From positions 224,001-288,000 of the forward strand of contig CAWEPK010000010.1 of NCBI GenBank assembly GCA_963810935.1: a stretch of DNA of 64,000 nucleotides. The letters run 5' to 3'. Both the position numbers and the translations under genes were made by a program. Under the pieces are notes generated by a model. The model worked only from the letters and a program-made list of their open reading frames with translations. It made no database searches and was not told the origin of the DNA. This stretch comes from an uncultured delta proteobacterium. Lineage in GTDB: Bacteria; Desulfobacterota; Syntrophorhabdia; Syntrophorhabdales; WCHB1-27. The stretch's first letter is position 1; the number at the start of each line of letters is the position of its first letter. This document shows positions 1-11,238 of this stretch, in pieces.

Positions 1-288
1 GAGACCTTTCCTCTCGAAGCGCCGGACGGTTAGCTCCTTGTAGTTGTAAGCGATGAAGACTTCACCGGCCCCGTCGATGTAACCGAAAATAGCCTTTCCG
101 CGGTATCGGACCGGCTCACCCGTTATTTTCCAACCCGCTGCGTCCGCGGGCCACACGATTGTCCCCTGCATAGCTCCCTTCCATTCGGCAAGAGCGGCCG
201 GCGACGAAAGAAGAAGGGCCGCGATGGCACAGAGGAATACGTTCCTTACTGTCCGACCGATTGTCTGCCGCTTAATTTCTAGGCTCAT
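1..288 (-). CDS. Secreted hypothetical protein, DUF6599-like (5' part; runs off the window)
   Basis: Hand-translated from ATG 288 with a GGAAGG RBS: MSLEIKRQ...CAIAALLLSSPAALA|EWKG...FGYIDGAGEVFIAYNYKEL. Has a signal peptide and a YIDGxGE motif. Not in the ORF track. Confidence 0.6.
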   Translation of the reverse strand, partial: MSLEIKRQTIGRTVRNVFLCAIAALLLSSPAALAEWKGAMQGTIVWPADAAGWKITGEPVRYRGKAIFGYIDGAGEVFIAYNYKELTVRRFERKGL

Positions 289-418
289 CGCTTACCTTCC
301 CGGGCGTTCCTGCCCGTATTTCCCGCTCCGGTCGCACATGCAGATTACAAACTTAATTCCTTGATTATAATACGATGGCCGGGTGACGTAAAGGAACAAG
401 TTCTCGCCCCGTAATAAT

Positions 419-1226
419 TCAGACCTCGATGCCCATGTGGCGGGCCATCATGGCGAACTGGCCGAGGGTCATCTCGTACCCCGTCTGGGTGCGGCAACCC
501 CGCTCCTGCGCACCTCGGAGCCACGGGGTCACATCCGGCTCCGTTACGACGTCGGCCACGAAGGTAGAAGGGCCTATCGTGTCAATAGGGAACGGCGTGC
601 GTGTATCGCCGTTCATGCCCAGCGGCGTCGCGTTTACGGCCAGGTCGATGCCGGCCAGGGGTGAAAGCCCATCCGAGAGCGCGACGGACGGATAGCGCGA
701 CGCAATGAGCGCAATCAGGCGGTCCTGCCTCACTCTGTCGACATCGACCACTGTGAGGTTTGCCGCCCCGGCCCCCGCTATCGCGTAAGCCGATAGCGCC
801 CCCTGCCCCGCCTGCTCCGAAGACCGCGGCGCTCTTACCCCTCGGGTCGAAACCGTGGGTCCTTAGCGCCTCTAAGAAACCGAGGCCATCGACTATATCG
901 CCTGCCAGACGCCCATGCCCCGTCCTCCTTATGACGTTGACCGCGGCGAGGTCTCGCGCAGTAGGCGAAAGATCGTCCGCCTGCCGGGCCGCTTCCTGTT
1001 TATGCGGTATCGTCACGATGCACCCCGGACAGTTCTGCCAGCCCCGCAGGAGCGCAAAGAAATGGCCCACGTCGGCCGGGTGCACGTCTATCGTCACCAT
1101 TACTGCATCGATCCGCTTTTCCCTGAAATACCTGTTGAAGGTAGCGGGCGATTTCACCTGGGCGACGGGATGGCCGATCATCGGATAGACGAGCGTCCGT
1201 CCCGAAGTGATGAGATCGTCTATCAT
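419..1226 (-). CDS. Shikimate/quinate dehydrogenase family protein (frameshift near 790)
   Basis: Motifs IGHPVAQVKSP, VTIPHK, AVN and GAGGAG in ORF 582..1226; VNATPLGM and G.EM...Q in ORF 419..751. Removing one base joins them. Confidence 0.85.
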
Positions 1227-1238
1227 GGTCCTTCCCTC

Positions 1239-3468
1239 CTATCCCTTCTCCAGGCCGTCCAGGATGGATCGGATATTGATGGGTATCTCCGTACACCGGA
1301 CACCGACGGCGTTGTAGATCGCGTTGGCGATGGCCGGAGCAGGCACGGAGCACGGCGGCTCCCCGACGCCTTTCGCGCCGAAGGGTCCGAAGGGATCTTG
1401 CGGCTCCACGATTACAGGCTCGATGTCCGGAACGTCGAGCATCGACGCTACCTTGAAATCGACCAGATTGGGGTTGAGGCAGATGCCCGTGTTGCCGTCG
1501 ATGTACTGGCGCTCCATGATGCCGTATCCCATGCCCATGATCGTTCCGCCCTCGATCTGGTTCTCGCAGCCGATGCGGTTGATAACCTGTCCGACGTCGT
1601 GGGCTGCGACGATGCGCAGCACATCGACCTTGCCAGTCCGGGTGTCCACCGCAACCTCCGCGAAGTGCGCGCCGAAGCTGTGGAGAAGAACGTTGCGCGG
1701 CGGTTTTCCGGAGCCGCGGCCTATTATGGGACTCGGCGCCTTCGCGAGGATATCCCTGTAGGACAGGGAAAGACCCTCGCCTTTAACGAAGACACGGCCG
1801 TCCCTGATCTCCAGGGCCTCTTTCTTTTTATTCAGCAGCTCGGCGGCGACATCTAAAAGCTGCTCCTTCGCGTCGCGGGCGGCCGCAATAACGGCCAGCC
1901 CTGTACTCGCTGTCCCTCGGCTGCCGCCGGGCGGTCCCGTATCGGTGGTGGCATCCGTATCGCCGGTAGTTACCTGAACGTCTACGTAAGGCACGCCGAG
2001 CGCCTCGGCGGCGATCATCGCCATTGTCGTTTTCTGTCCGCCTCCCGTGTCGTTGAGGCCCGAAAGCAGCTCGACGGACCCGTCAGGGTCGAGCTTTATG
2101 ACTGCCGACATGGGTGGCGTGATGGCGCCGTGCCTGCATGAATGGAAGGCCACGCCGAGCCCTTTCTTCACAGGCCCCGGGCTCGTTCCCGGCGGTCTTC
2201 CAGCGTCCTTCCCAGCCGATCGATGCCGCGCCCTGCCGGGCGCACTCGGCGAGGCCGTTGCTTGCGAAAGGCCATTTCCTATCCTGGTCGCCGTCTTCCT
2301 TGCGCGCGTAGTTCTTGATACGGAAGGCCAGCGGGTCTATGCCGAGTTTTTCGGCAAGGCGGTCCATATGGACTTCCCCCGGGAACGTGCCTGCCGGATG
2401 ACCGACGCAGCGCATGTGGCCGCCTTCGGGCTTATTCGTGAAAACGTTGTAGCCTACGAGCTTTACGTTGGGGCACCGGTAGACGCCCTTGGGCGTCAAA
2501 AGCGACTCAAAGGCGCCGTCGAGATGATAGTAGGCGCCCAGGTCAGCATACAGCCGCACGTCCATCGCGGTAAGCGTGCCGTCTCTTTTTGCCCCATACC
2601 TGAGATACCATGTCGTCGGATAGCGATGGTGGGCACAGAGGAAGTTGTCCTCCCTGCTGTACTCGAGCCTGCACGGCCGGCCCGTCTTTCTTGCGAGGAG
2701 GGCCGTTATGATATGGGTACGCTCTAAAAATGTCTTGTCGCCGAAATCGCCGCCTATGTAATGCGTGTCTATCCTGATCTGGTTCACTTTCAGCTTGAGC
2801 GTCCTCGCAAGGTACGTCCGCAGGTTAAATGGGTGCTTGTGAGAATCCCAGAGGGTTAGCCTGTTTCCGGTCCAGGCGGAGATAGTCACCCTCGGCTCCG
2901 GCGTCACGTGCTGGACGAGTTGTGTCCTGTACTTGTCTTCGAGGATGATGTCAGCCTGCCTGAACCCCTCTTCTACGCTGCCTCGCACTACGGTGTCCGC
3001 CGCCTCCTGCAAGGCGTTGCCTTCCGGATATAACCTCGGAGCGCCCGGCTTAACCGCCTCTTCGGCATCGAGCACAAACGGGAGGACCTCGTAGTCGACG
3101 TTAACAAGCTCTATGGCCTCCTGCGCCGCATCTTCGTCGACTGCCGCGACTGCCATGATTTCATCACCCGCGTAACGCGCAATAGTCGCAAGCGCCGGCA
3201 TCTCATAGAAAGGGGCCGAGTCCCTCTTGTGGATAGAGATGCCCGGCACGTCGGCAGCGGTGATGACCGCTTTTACGCCCGGCAGGGCGGAAGCCTTGCC
3301 CGTGTCGATCTTAACCACCCTCGCGTGAGGATGAGGGCTCCGCAGGACTTTGACATAGAGCATACCGGGGAGGTAGATATCTGACGCAAACCGCGCCTCC
3401 CCTGAAAGGCGCTCCAATGCATCCACCCTCTCAACTTTTGTGCCGATCACCTTGAATGGCCGTGACAT
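1239..3468 (-). CDS. Xanthine dehydrogenase-family molybdopterin-binding subunit, PaoC/YagR-like (frameshift at 2172-2200)
   Basis: Motifs RSPHPHA, IGGDFGDK, DTGGGQKT and GAKGVGE spread over ORFs 2083..3468 and 1239..2171. Confidence 0.9.
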
Positions 3469-3486
3469 ACAAGCCTCCTGCCGTAT

Positions 3487-4476
3487 CTACGCGATGGACG
3501 CGAGGGCCTGTTGGAGAAGGCCCTGCGCCGCCTTTGCCTTGTAACCGTTGTTTGAAAGCGGCTTCGCCTTCTCGACAGACGCCGCGCACGCCGCCGCCGC
3601 CGCGTCTGCAACTTTTCTGCCCTTTAGCGCAGCCTCGGCGGAAGGAACGCGCAGCGGCCGGGAAGCAAGCCCGCCGAAGGCGATGCGGGCATCCGCTACC
3701 AGGCCGTTTTGCATGGCAAGCACGACAGCGACGCTGACAAGGGCGAAATCGAACGCCTCCCTCTCCGTCAGCTTCATGAATACACCCCTGCCCGCAGCGG
3801 GCTGCAAAGGCGCCTCAACAGCGGTAACCATCTCCGCCGGGCATAGGACCGTCTCCGAGAGCACGTCCGCATCCGGATCGACATAAAACTGCGCGATGGG
3901 GACCGTCCGTTTACCTTTCGGCCCTTCTATCTCAACGCGAGCGCCGAGGGCGGCCAGGGCTACGGCTGTGTCAGATGGGCTGACCATAGCGCAGGCGCCG
4001 GCCGGGAAAATCGCATGGTACTGGTTCTCGCCGTCGAAGGCGTAGCAATTGCCGCCCCCTTTCCGGAGGCAGTCCTTGAAGGTCCTCCCCCGGAAATACC
4101 AGCAGCGCGGCCTCTGGCAGAGGTTGCCGCCGATGGTGCCTACGTTCCTTATCTGCGGGACGGCCACACGCTGCGCAGCCTGGGCGAGTACAGGCAGCCT
4201 GTTCCGGACAAGAGGCGATTCCGCGATATCCGTAAGCGTAGCGGCCGCCCCTATCCTCAGTACATCTTTCTCCTGCCTTATGTGGGCCAGGCCGTCAATG
4301 CCTTTGATATCTATCAAATGGACCGGGCTTTTCAGCTTTGGGCCCTCGACCCTGTCTTTCATCATGGCAAGCATATCGCTGCCGCCCGCAATTAGTGAAG
4401 CCTTGTCCCCGTGTCGCGCGAGGAGGGAGACAGCCTCTTTGACGGTAGCCGGCCTGTAATAGTCGAAGCCTTTCAT
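3487..4476 (-). CDS. Xanthine dehydrogenase-family FAD-binding subunit, PaoB/YagS-like
   Basis: AGGSD, QIRNVGTIGGNLCQRPRCWYFR and a Cys-rich insert typical of the 4Fe-4S-bearing PaoB. Confidence 0.9.
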   Translation of the reverse strand: MKGFDYYRPATVKEAVSLLARHGDKASLIAGGSDMLAMMKDRVEGPKLKSPVHLIDIKGIDGLAHIRQEKDVLRIGAAATLTDIAESPLVRNRLPVLAQAAQRVAVPQIRNVGTIGGNLCQRPRCWYFRGRTFKDCLRKGGGNCYAFDGENQYHAIFPAGACAMVSPSDTAVALAALGARVEIEGPKGKRTVPIAQFYVDPDADVLSETVLCPAEMVTAVEAPLQPAAGRGVFMKLTEREAFDFALVSVAVVLAMQNGLVADARIAFGGLASRPLRVPSAEAALKGRKVADAAAAACAASVEKAKPLSNNGYKAKAAQGLLQQALASIA

Positions 4477-4491
4477 CGTCTCTCTCCTCCC

Positions 4492-5131
4492 TTAAGCCTT
4501 CGATGCCGCAAGGACCGATTCGACGATCTTCGGATAGGCCCCGCAGCGGCAGATGATTGCCGGACATGGCCGTGCGGACCTCGGCGCGGCTGGGCCTGGG
4601 GTTTTTGTCGAGAAGCGCCTTCGCTGACATCATCTGGCCGGGCGTGCAGTAGCCGCACTGGTAGCCTCCATGCTCCGAGAATGCCTTCTGAATGGGATGG
4701 AGCTTCTCTCCCCGGCTCAGCCCCTCGACAGTGAAGACCTTCTTTCCGTCCATGGCAATTGCAAGAAGCGAGCAGGCGTAAACCGGCCTGCCATCGATTA
4801 TGACCGTGCAGGAGCCGCAGTTACCCCGGTCGCACGCCTTCTTGCTCCCCGTCAGCCCAAGCTCGCGCCTCAGCACGTCGAGGAGCGTCCAGTGCGACTT
4901 GACCTGAACGCGGTACAGCCTGTCGTTGACGTCCAGCCGGATGATCGCCTCTTTCACGCCCCGGGGCAGAGCGGCTGCCTGCTCCTGACTCGAGGAAGGC
5001 CTCGGGAGCGTGCCCATGGCAACAGCAACCCCGCCCGTAGCCATCCCTTTCAGGAACGAGCGGCGTGACATCTTCACCGGGTCCCTGCCGTCCTTTTCTT
5101 TCTTTTCGGCCTTATTTTCCCGGTCGTCCAT
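4492..5131 (-). CDS. 2x[2Fe-2S] subunit with Tat signal, PaoA/YagT-like (frameshift near 4556)
   Basis: SRRSFLKG Tat motif, CDRGNCGSCT and QCGYCTPG. Removing one base restores GNICRCGAYPKI, ending at TAA 4492. Confidence 0.88.
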
Positions 5132-5249
5132 ATTTATGCCCCCGTGTCTTGGTAACGCACACCTATTATATACCCTCCCGGGCGAGAAGCGGCCGGCCTA
5201 AGCGGCCTTTTTTTTGAGTGGGCATTTATACGGCGGGGGATTTTTTATA

Positions 5250-6650
5250 TTAAGGGCTCGTTTTCGGGGCGGCCTTTGCGGCCGCGCGCACCTTCGAGAA
5301 GACAAAGCCGGCGCCCATCAGCAGAAAGACCAGGGCAGTTACCGGCCAGATTGGATGAACGATCTTATCGAGACCCGTAGCGCAGCCGGCAAACAGAAGG
5401 ACAACAGCGCCGAGGAGGGAGACAAAGGCCCATACAGACGAGACCCTGGCCGTCCAGCCGATAAAGACTATATAGACGACCGCACTCATCAGGACCGCGA
5501 GCCACGCCGTCTCCCTCAGTATCTCTTTTACGAAAAACCCGAGAAGCAATGCAATGAGACCGATGGCAAGGGTCGTCAGCCTCGATGCGAGGAGGAGCCG
5601 GCTGTCCTTCGCAATATGGAGCGCAGGGGCGATGAAGCCTTTGACGGCGAGGGTGGTCGCCCCCATCAGGAACGGAGACCCGGCGCTCATCAGAGGCGCC
5701 CACATTGCAAGGAGAAGGAAGACCCCGATATACGGCGGCACGATGTCGAGCAGCAGAGGAAGGGCTGACAGCGATGATGCGGAAGGGTTGGCGTATCGCG
5801 CGACGATGCCGCACAGGGCGGCCATCGCCACGATCGGTATGGTTATGATGTTGCCGAGGATGATCCCGGCCCTTCCCCCCTTCATGCTGCGGGCGGATGA
5901 AGCTATGTTGATGACCGGCTGCGCGAGGATTCCAAGGGTCACGTTGATATACGCGAGGCTCACTGCCTGGATAGCCCCCATATCCCCGAAGAGCGTGAAA
6001 TAATGAGAGCCCGCTGTATGGACGATGCCTCTGGAGGCTGCAATGGCGTAAGACCCGCCGAGGAAAATGCCGATCGCGGTGACGATGAGGTGGATCACGT
6101 TCGTATAGGCCGTAGCCATAAGCCCGCCCACCATGTTGTAAACCATGAAGACAAGGGCCGTGAGGCACATGCCGGTCGAGAAGCTTACGCTGCCGTTTAA
6201 TATGAAAGAAAGGATGGCTCCCCCGCCGACCACCTGCATCGTCACTATCCATATGGAAAATACGAGCTGGAGAAGACCGGCCAGTCTCGCGGTCCTCTTC
6301 CCGTAAAGGCCGGAGACGATATCGAGTATTGAATAGGTCTTGCCGCTCGTGATTATCCTGGGTAGAAGAAAGGCGGTGCCGAACATGGCTATCCAGATGC
6401 CCACCTGGAACCAGAGGGCGGACATCCCATGCAGATAAGCCCCCTGGGCCATGCCTACAACGGACACGCCGCCGGTCCATGTGCCTGCGATGAGGGCCGA
6501 TACGAGGGGTATCGACAACCCCCTCGAAGCCAGTAGATAGGCGTCCGACGAACCGGCCTTCTTTCCGGCCGCAAAAAAGGAGACGGCCAGCAGCAAGGCT
6601 ATATAGCAGCCGATTACCAGAAGGTATACCGATTTTACGGAGACTGCCAA
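5250..6650 (-). CDS. Sodium:solute symporter family protein
   Basis: About 13 hydrophobic segments; YLLASRGL and GGLMATAYT SSS-type motifs. Confidence 0.85.
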   Translation of the reverse strand: MAVSVKSVYLLVIGCYIALLLAVSFFAAGKKAGSSDAYLLASRGLSIPLVSALIAGTWTGGVSVVGMAQGAYLHGMSALWFQVGIWIAMFGTAFLLPRIITSGKTYSILDIVSGLYGKRTARLAGLLQLVFSIWIVTMQVVGGGAILSFILNGSVSFSTGMCLTALVFMVYNMVGGLMATAYTNVIHLIVTAIGIFLGGSYAIAASRGIVHTAGSHYFTLFGDMGAIQAVSLAYINVTLGILAQPVINIASSARSMKGGRAGIILGNIITIPIVAMAALCGIVARYANPSASSLSALPLLLDIVPPYIGVFLLLAMWAPLMSAGSPFLMGATTLAVKGFIAPALHIAKDSRLLLASRLTTLAIGLIALLLGFFVKEILRETAWLAVLMSAVVYIVFIGWTARVSSVWAFVSLLGAVVLLFAGCATGLDKIVHPIWPVTALVFLLMGAGFVFSKVRAAAKAAPKTSP

Positions 6651-6811
6651 ACCCTCGCCCCCCTGAACTCTCCCTTATGATGGTACAGACCGGCGTGCTA
6701 ATGCAAGGGAAAAGAACAAAGCGGTAGAACAGACAAAACAGTAAGGATGAGGAAACACCGGAACACAGAAGAGCAGGAACAACTTCGCCTGCCCTGACTT
6801 ATAAATTTAAT

Positions 6812-6854
6812 TTGCGGGGCCAGGACTTGAACTTGGGACCTTCGGGCTATGAGC
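6812..6854 (-). repeat. Degenerate copy of the 3' half of tRNA-Met (att-like direct repeat)
   Basis: 40 of 43 nt identical to 22361..22403, same orientation. Confidence 0.9.
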
Positions 6855-6963
6855 GGCGCAAACGGGCTAAAGCAAAGGAAGCCCAAACAGCCGAACTAGG
6901 GCTACCCGTCATAAACAATTATCGTTTGAAACCGACTTTTGAAATCTATTACGCCATCACAGA

Positions 6964-8850
6964 CTATGGCGCCTCCACGCTTATCTCCACTCGTGCCGGG
7001 CGCATCTGCGAAAGCAGCAGCAGCGCGAAGAGTACCGCCCCTGCAAGGAGGAGCCAGAAGGAAGGCGCGACAAGACAGAGGGCGGCGGCTCCCGCGAGGA
7101 GCCTCTCGAAAATATTCAGTTTCCTTTGGAAGTATCCCTCGCAGGCCACGGCCAGGGACCATATGCCTATCATCGCTGCGACCACCGTGACAACCAACTG
7201 GAACCAGGGACCGACCAGGAGGAGCTTGTAGTTATAGGCAAACATGATGGGTATGATAAATGCCACCAGGGCCATCCTGGTAGAAAGCCAGCCGACCCTC
7301 CACCCGTTTGCCTCCGCTATGGCGGCGGCCGTGTAAGCGGCGCTCGCGTCGGGGGGCGTGATAAGGGCGAGGCAGGAATAGTAGAAGGCGTAGAGATGGG
7401 CCGCGAAAGGCGCCAGGCCGAGCGAGATGAGGGCCGGTATCACGGTCGACGCCTGGAGGATGTAGGCAGGTGTGGTGGGCATGCCGAGACCCAGGAGGAA
7501 GGAGATCAAGAGGCCCAGCATCAGGCCCATGAAGAGACTCCCGCCCACGATGGCGCCGAAGGCGCTGCTTATGCGCTGGCCGAAGCCGGTGATGTCGACG
7601 GAGCCTACGATGAGACCGGCGGCAGCCGTGGACGCCATAACGATGAGTATGTTTTTTGCACCGCCTTCGAAGGCGGAGAGAAGACCGGTCAGGCTCAGCC
7701 TCGTGTTCTTCCTGGACTGGCTTATGGCGATTGCCGCAAGTATGCCGTATCCGCCTGCGAACCTGGGTGAGTAGCCGGAGATCAAAAGGGCCAGGAGCAC
7801 CGCGACGGGCACGATCATGTGACCGTAGGTCTTCAGGGTCCCGAGGATCGTAGTCCCGGAGTCCACCCCTTTCAGCCCGAGCTTCTTGGCCTCTATGTGG
7901 ACCGTCGCGAATAGGCTGAAATAGTAAAGGATAGCCGGAAAAAGCGCATAACGGAGGATCGTCGCGTAGGGTATGCCGCTGAAAGCGGCCATCACGAAGG
8001 CGCACGCGCCCATGACGGGAGGCGTCATCTGACCGCCGCAGGAAGCGGCCGCTTCTACGGAGGCGGCGAACTCGGAAGGATACCCCGCCTTCTTCATCAT
8101 GGGTATGGTGATGCTCCCGACGGTAGCCACGTTCGCCGACGTGCTGCCCGTGATGGAGCCGAAAAAGGAGCTTCCGATGATGGCCACCTTCGCGGGGCCG
8201 CCCGTCATGCGGCCCGTGAGAGACGTGGCGATGTCGCTGATGAGCTGCGAGCCCCCGGTCCGCATAAGTATGGAGCCGAATATGATGAAGAGGGCAATGT
8301 CCGTCGCGGAGACGCCGAGGGGTAGGCCGAAGATGCCGCCCAGGGAAAGGTAGAAGAAGTCGAGGAGGTCGCTGATCGTGTGAGGGGTCGTATGGAGCAC
8401 TGACGGCAGGTAGGGACCAATGAATGGATAGATGAGAAAGGCTATGACGCAGTAGAGAAGGCCCGCGCTCACGACTCTTTTGGCCGCTGTCAGGACGACG
8501 AAGATCATCATCGCGCCGAGCACCTTCTCATACCAGAAGAGGGGTGTGACAAAGGCAAACCGCTCGTTAACCACGTACTCGTAGAAAAAGAGGAGATAGC
8601 CTATCCCGGTGAGGGCCATGAGCACGAGTATCCAGCTCCAGAGCGAGGGCTTTGCCTGCCCGCCTTTGTTGGACAGCAGGAAGACGAGGATGAGGCCCAG
8701 GCCCAGGTGAACGCTCCGCTGCATGAGTGCGTCGAAGACACCGAACAGGGCCGTGTAGATGTGGAAGAGGCAAAGAAGCGTTGCCGCGACGAGACATATT
8801 TTCTTGTGTAAGGGACGGGCCGTCCACAAAGTGCTCCAATCGTTGCTCAT
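6964..8850 (-). CDS. TRAP transporter fused permease (4TM/12TM)
   Basis: GGPAKVAI, ANVATVGSITIPMMK, ASCGGQMTPPVMG and LGLGMPT motifs. Confidence 0.92.
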   Translation of the reverse strand: MSNDWSTLWTARPLHKKICLVAATLLCLFHIYTALFGVFDALMQRSVHLGLGLILVFLLSNKGGQAKPSLWSWILVLMALTGIGYLLFFYEYVVNERFAFVTPLFWYEKVLGAMMIFVVLTAAKRVVSAGLLYCVIAFLIYPFIGPYLPSVLHTTPHTISDLLDFFYLSLGGIFGLPLGVSATDIALFIIFGSILMRTGGSQLISDIATSLTGRMTGGPAKVAIIGSSFFGSITGSTSANVATVGSITIPMMKKAGYPSEFAASVEAAASCGGQMTPPVMGACAFVMAAFSGIPYATILRYALFPAILYYFSLFATVHIEAKKLGLKGVDSGTTILGTLKTYGHMIVPVAVLLALLISGYSPRFAGGYGILAAIAISQSRKNTRLSLTGLLSAFEGGAKNILIVMASTAAAGLIVGSVDITGFGQRISSAFGAIVGGSLFMGLMLGLLISFLLGLGMPTTPAYILQASTVIPALISLGLAPFAAHLYAFYYSCLALITPPDASAAYTAAAIAEANGWRVGWLSTRMALVAFIIPIMFAYNYKLLLVGPWFQLVVTVVAAMIGIWSLAVACEGYFQRKLNIFERLLAGAAALCLVAPSFWLLLAGAVLFALLLLSQMRPARVEISVEAP

Positions 8851-8867
8851 AACAGCTACTCCTCAGT

Positions 8868-9818
8868 CTACTTAACCCAGCCGCGTTCCTTATAATATTT
8901 GAGGGCGCCGGGGTGAAAGGGGATGCCCGCGTCCTTCGCCATATCCTGCACCTTCGTATACCCCATCGATTTGAGAATGCCGGGGTACCGGCCGAAATTC
9001 TCCGCTATCACCTTGACGATCCTGTAAGCGACCTCGTCCGGCATGTCGCTCCTGCATATGATGTGTGTCCTTGCCGCGACCGTCTTCACGGGCGCATCCA
9101 TGCCCCTGTAGAGACCCGCCGGAAGCGAATATGCCTCAACGCCCCTGAACCGGGTCATGGCCTTCACCTTGTCGTCGGGCAGCGAGAGGAGCTTCAGTTT
9201 TTGCTGGGAGCTGACGTTGAGTATGGAGGGGGCAGGGAAGGCCGTCGTGAAGAGCAGCGCGTCGAGATGACCGTCGACCATGAGCTGCGCCGCGTCCTCG
9301 AAACTACAGAACTGCACTTTCATGTCCCTGTACGAGACGCCGTAAGCTTTCAGGATTCTCTGCGCCTCGACGTCGCTCGAATTGCCCTTGGCCGATGGGC
9401 TTACCCTCTTGCCTCTCAGGTCAGCGGGGCTGTTGATCCCGGAAGCCACCCTCACCGCGAGCTGCATCGCCATGGGATAGATGGTCGCGAGATTCCGTAT
9501 GTTCTTGACGGGCTGTTTGAAGAACCCGACCCCGTCCCATGCCTCGGCGGTCGTGTCGGTGATGCTGAAGCCCACGTTGAACTTGCCGCTGCCCACGCCC
9601 ATGATGTTGGCCGTCGTCGTGCTCGGCAACGTCGAGCCCGTGATCTCAGGGTACGTCTTCTTGACGTCTTCGAGCATGGCGGTCCCTATAAGCTGCCACG
9701 TACCGCCCGCAACTATGGTGCCCCACTGGACCTCGTACTTCGCGGCGAAAGCGCTGCCACTGAAAAGCAGGACCAGTGCCAGAGCCGGTAACGTTCTGTT
9801 CCAGAAAAGATTTCTCAT
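8868..9818 (-). CDS. TAXI-family TRAP solute-binding protein
   Basis: Signal peptide, GTxxxGGTW and C-terminal IPFHPGALKYYKE. Confidence 0.9.
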   Translation of the reverse strand: MRNLFWNRTLPALALVLLFSGSAFAAKYEVQWGTIVAGGTWQLIGTAMLEDVKKTYPEITGSTLPSTTTANIMGVGSGKFNVGFSITDTTAEAWDGVGFFKQPVKNIRNLATIYPMAMQLAVRVASGINSPADLRGKRVSPSAKGNSSDVEAQRILKAYGVSYRDMKVQFCSFEDAAQLMVDGHLDALLFTTAFPAPSILNVSSQQKLKLLSLPDDKVKAMTRFRGVEAYSLPAGLYRGMDAPVKTVAARTHIICRSDMPDEVAYRIVKVIAENFGRYPGILKSMGYTKVQDMAKDAGIPFHPGALKYYKERGWVK

Positions 9819-9828
9819 GACTTGTTCC

Positions 9829-11238
9829 TTAAACTTTGCCAAATCCCTTGACGAAGTCCTCGAGTCTCACGGACCCCCATCCCATCGGCCTGCACCGGGT
9901 GAAACGGTTCCGCTCCTCCTTCCGGAAGAGGGACGGCTTCGTCGCATCGATGCCCATCTTCCCGCCCATCCTCTGCCATGTCTGTTCGCCGGGAGGCGAT
10001 ATCTGTGGGCACGAGGGGTCCATCGGGTGTATCCGGTTGCCTTCCGTGCGGATGATGTCTCTTTCAGGATTGACGCGCGTGGAGACCGCCCACCACAGAT
10101 CGGCGGGGTCCTCGATATTGACGTCTTCGTCGACCGCTACCGCGATCTTTGGATGCAGGTAATTGCATGAAAGGGCGGACATCAACGCATCCTTGACCTG
10201 TCCCTCGTAGTGCGCGGTGAGTTTCAGAACCACAAGCCACGCGCTTCCCCAGATGGGTACCATGACATCGTGCACATCGAGGCTTCCGCCGTGCAGACTG
10301 CTGACCCTGCGGTAGATATCGGCCTCGATGGGAAGGCCGATGAGCGACTGGTGTTCCGTGAACTCCGTCGCCTGTATGCTCCGGAAGATAGCGTCGTGGC
10401 GCATGGTGATGGCCGTCACCTCGAAGACGGGGTTTTTGCCCTCACCGGAGAAGAAACACGTAAACTCACCGAAAGGCCCCTCTTCTTCCCTGACGCCCGC
10501 CTTCACGTAGCCTTCGATGACTATCTCAGCGTAAGCTGGAACGTCGAGATCTATCGTCTCGGCCGGAACCAGCTCGGCGGGCTCGCCAAGGAGCCTGCTG
10601 GCAACCTGGAACTCATCCATCTCGTATGGTCCCGACACGTTCGTCGCAATATCCCACGCCGGATGGTGGCCGATTGCGACCGCCATCGGCATGTCGCGGC
10701 CCAGCGCCTCGTACTTGCTGAACTGCACCCATGTGTGGCGGGGCACCATCATGACCCCCATTTTCCTCGGGCCCTTCGCCTGCATCCTCAGGCATGCGAC
10801 GTTCCGGTTGCCCGTCTCCGGGTCCTTAGTGATGTTCATGCCGGAGCCGATGAACCGTCCGGCGTCGATGTTCGACATTTTCGTGATGGGGATATCGAAG
10901 ATGTTTGCCTTCTCCCCGATAAATATGCGTTCTTTCACGGGCCCCGTCGCCACGCGTTTGCACTCGCCGCCCTGTGCCGCGAGGACTTGCGCGAGATAGC
11001 GGGCGACACTTCCGGAGGAGCTGCCCATTGCCAGTGCCTGACTTTTCCGCGTCCGCACCAGGTCATCAACGACCCGCCACGAGTCGTAGCCCTTGATCGT
11101 CTTGAAGATGATGGGGCCCGGCGCCTTGGATGCGAGCTCGGCCAGCTCGTTGACAGGGTCCACCTCCCTCTCGACCGTCAAAAGATCGCTCCCCAGCTCT
11201 TCGATGAAAGTCCTCAGATCTTTGGGCATTTCGCTCAT
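9829..11238 (-). CDS. UbiD-family (prenylated-FMN) decarboxylase/carboxylase
   Basis: KDLRTFI, EEGPFGEF, VAVDEDV, WAVSTRVNP and KMGIDAT motifs; AAGGAGG RBS before ATG 11238. Confidence 0.92.
   Translation of the reverse strand: MSEMPKDLRTFIEELGSDLLTVEREVDPVNELAELASKAPGPIIFKTIKGYDSWRVVDDLVRTRKSQALAMGSSSGSVARYLAQVLAAQGGECKRVATGPVKERIFIGEKANIFDIPITKMSNIDAGRFIGSGMNITKDPETGNRNVACLRMQAKGPRKMGVMMVPRHTWVQFSKYEALGRDMPMAVAIGHHPAWDIATNVSGPYEMDEFQVASRLLGEPAELVPAETIDLDVPAYAEIVIEGYVKAGVREEEGPFGEFTCFFSGEGKNPVFEVTAITMRHDAIFRSIQATEFTEHQSLIGLPIEADIYRRVSSLHGGSLDVHDVMVPIWGSAWLVVLKLTAHYEGQVKDALMSALSCNYLHPKIAVAVDEDVNIEDPADLWWAVSTRVNPERDIIRTEGNRIHPMDPSCPQISPPGEQTWQRMGGKMGIDATKPSLFRKEERNRFTRCRPMGWGSVRLEDFVKGFGKV

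Noticed and set aside
6812..6854. Second functional tRNA-Met
   Set aside because: The 5' half (acceptor 5' strand and D arm) is absent and the T stem has a mismatch.
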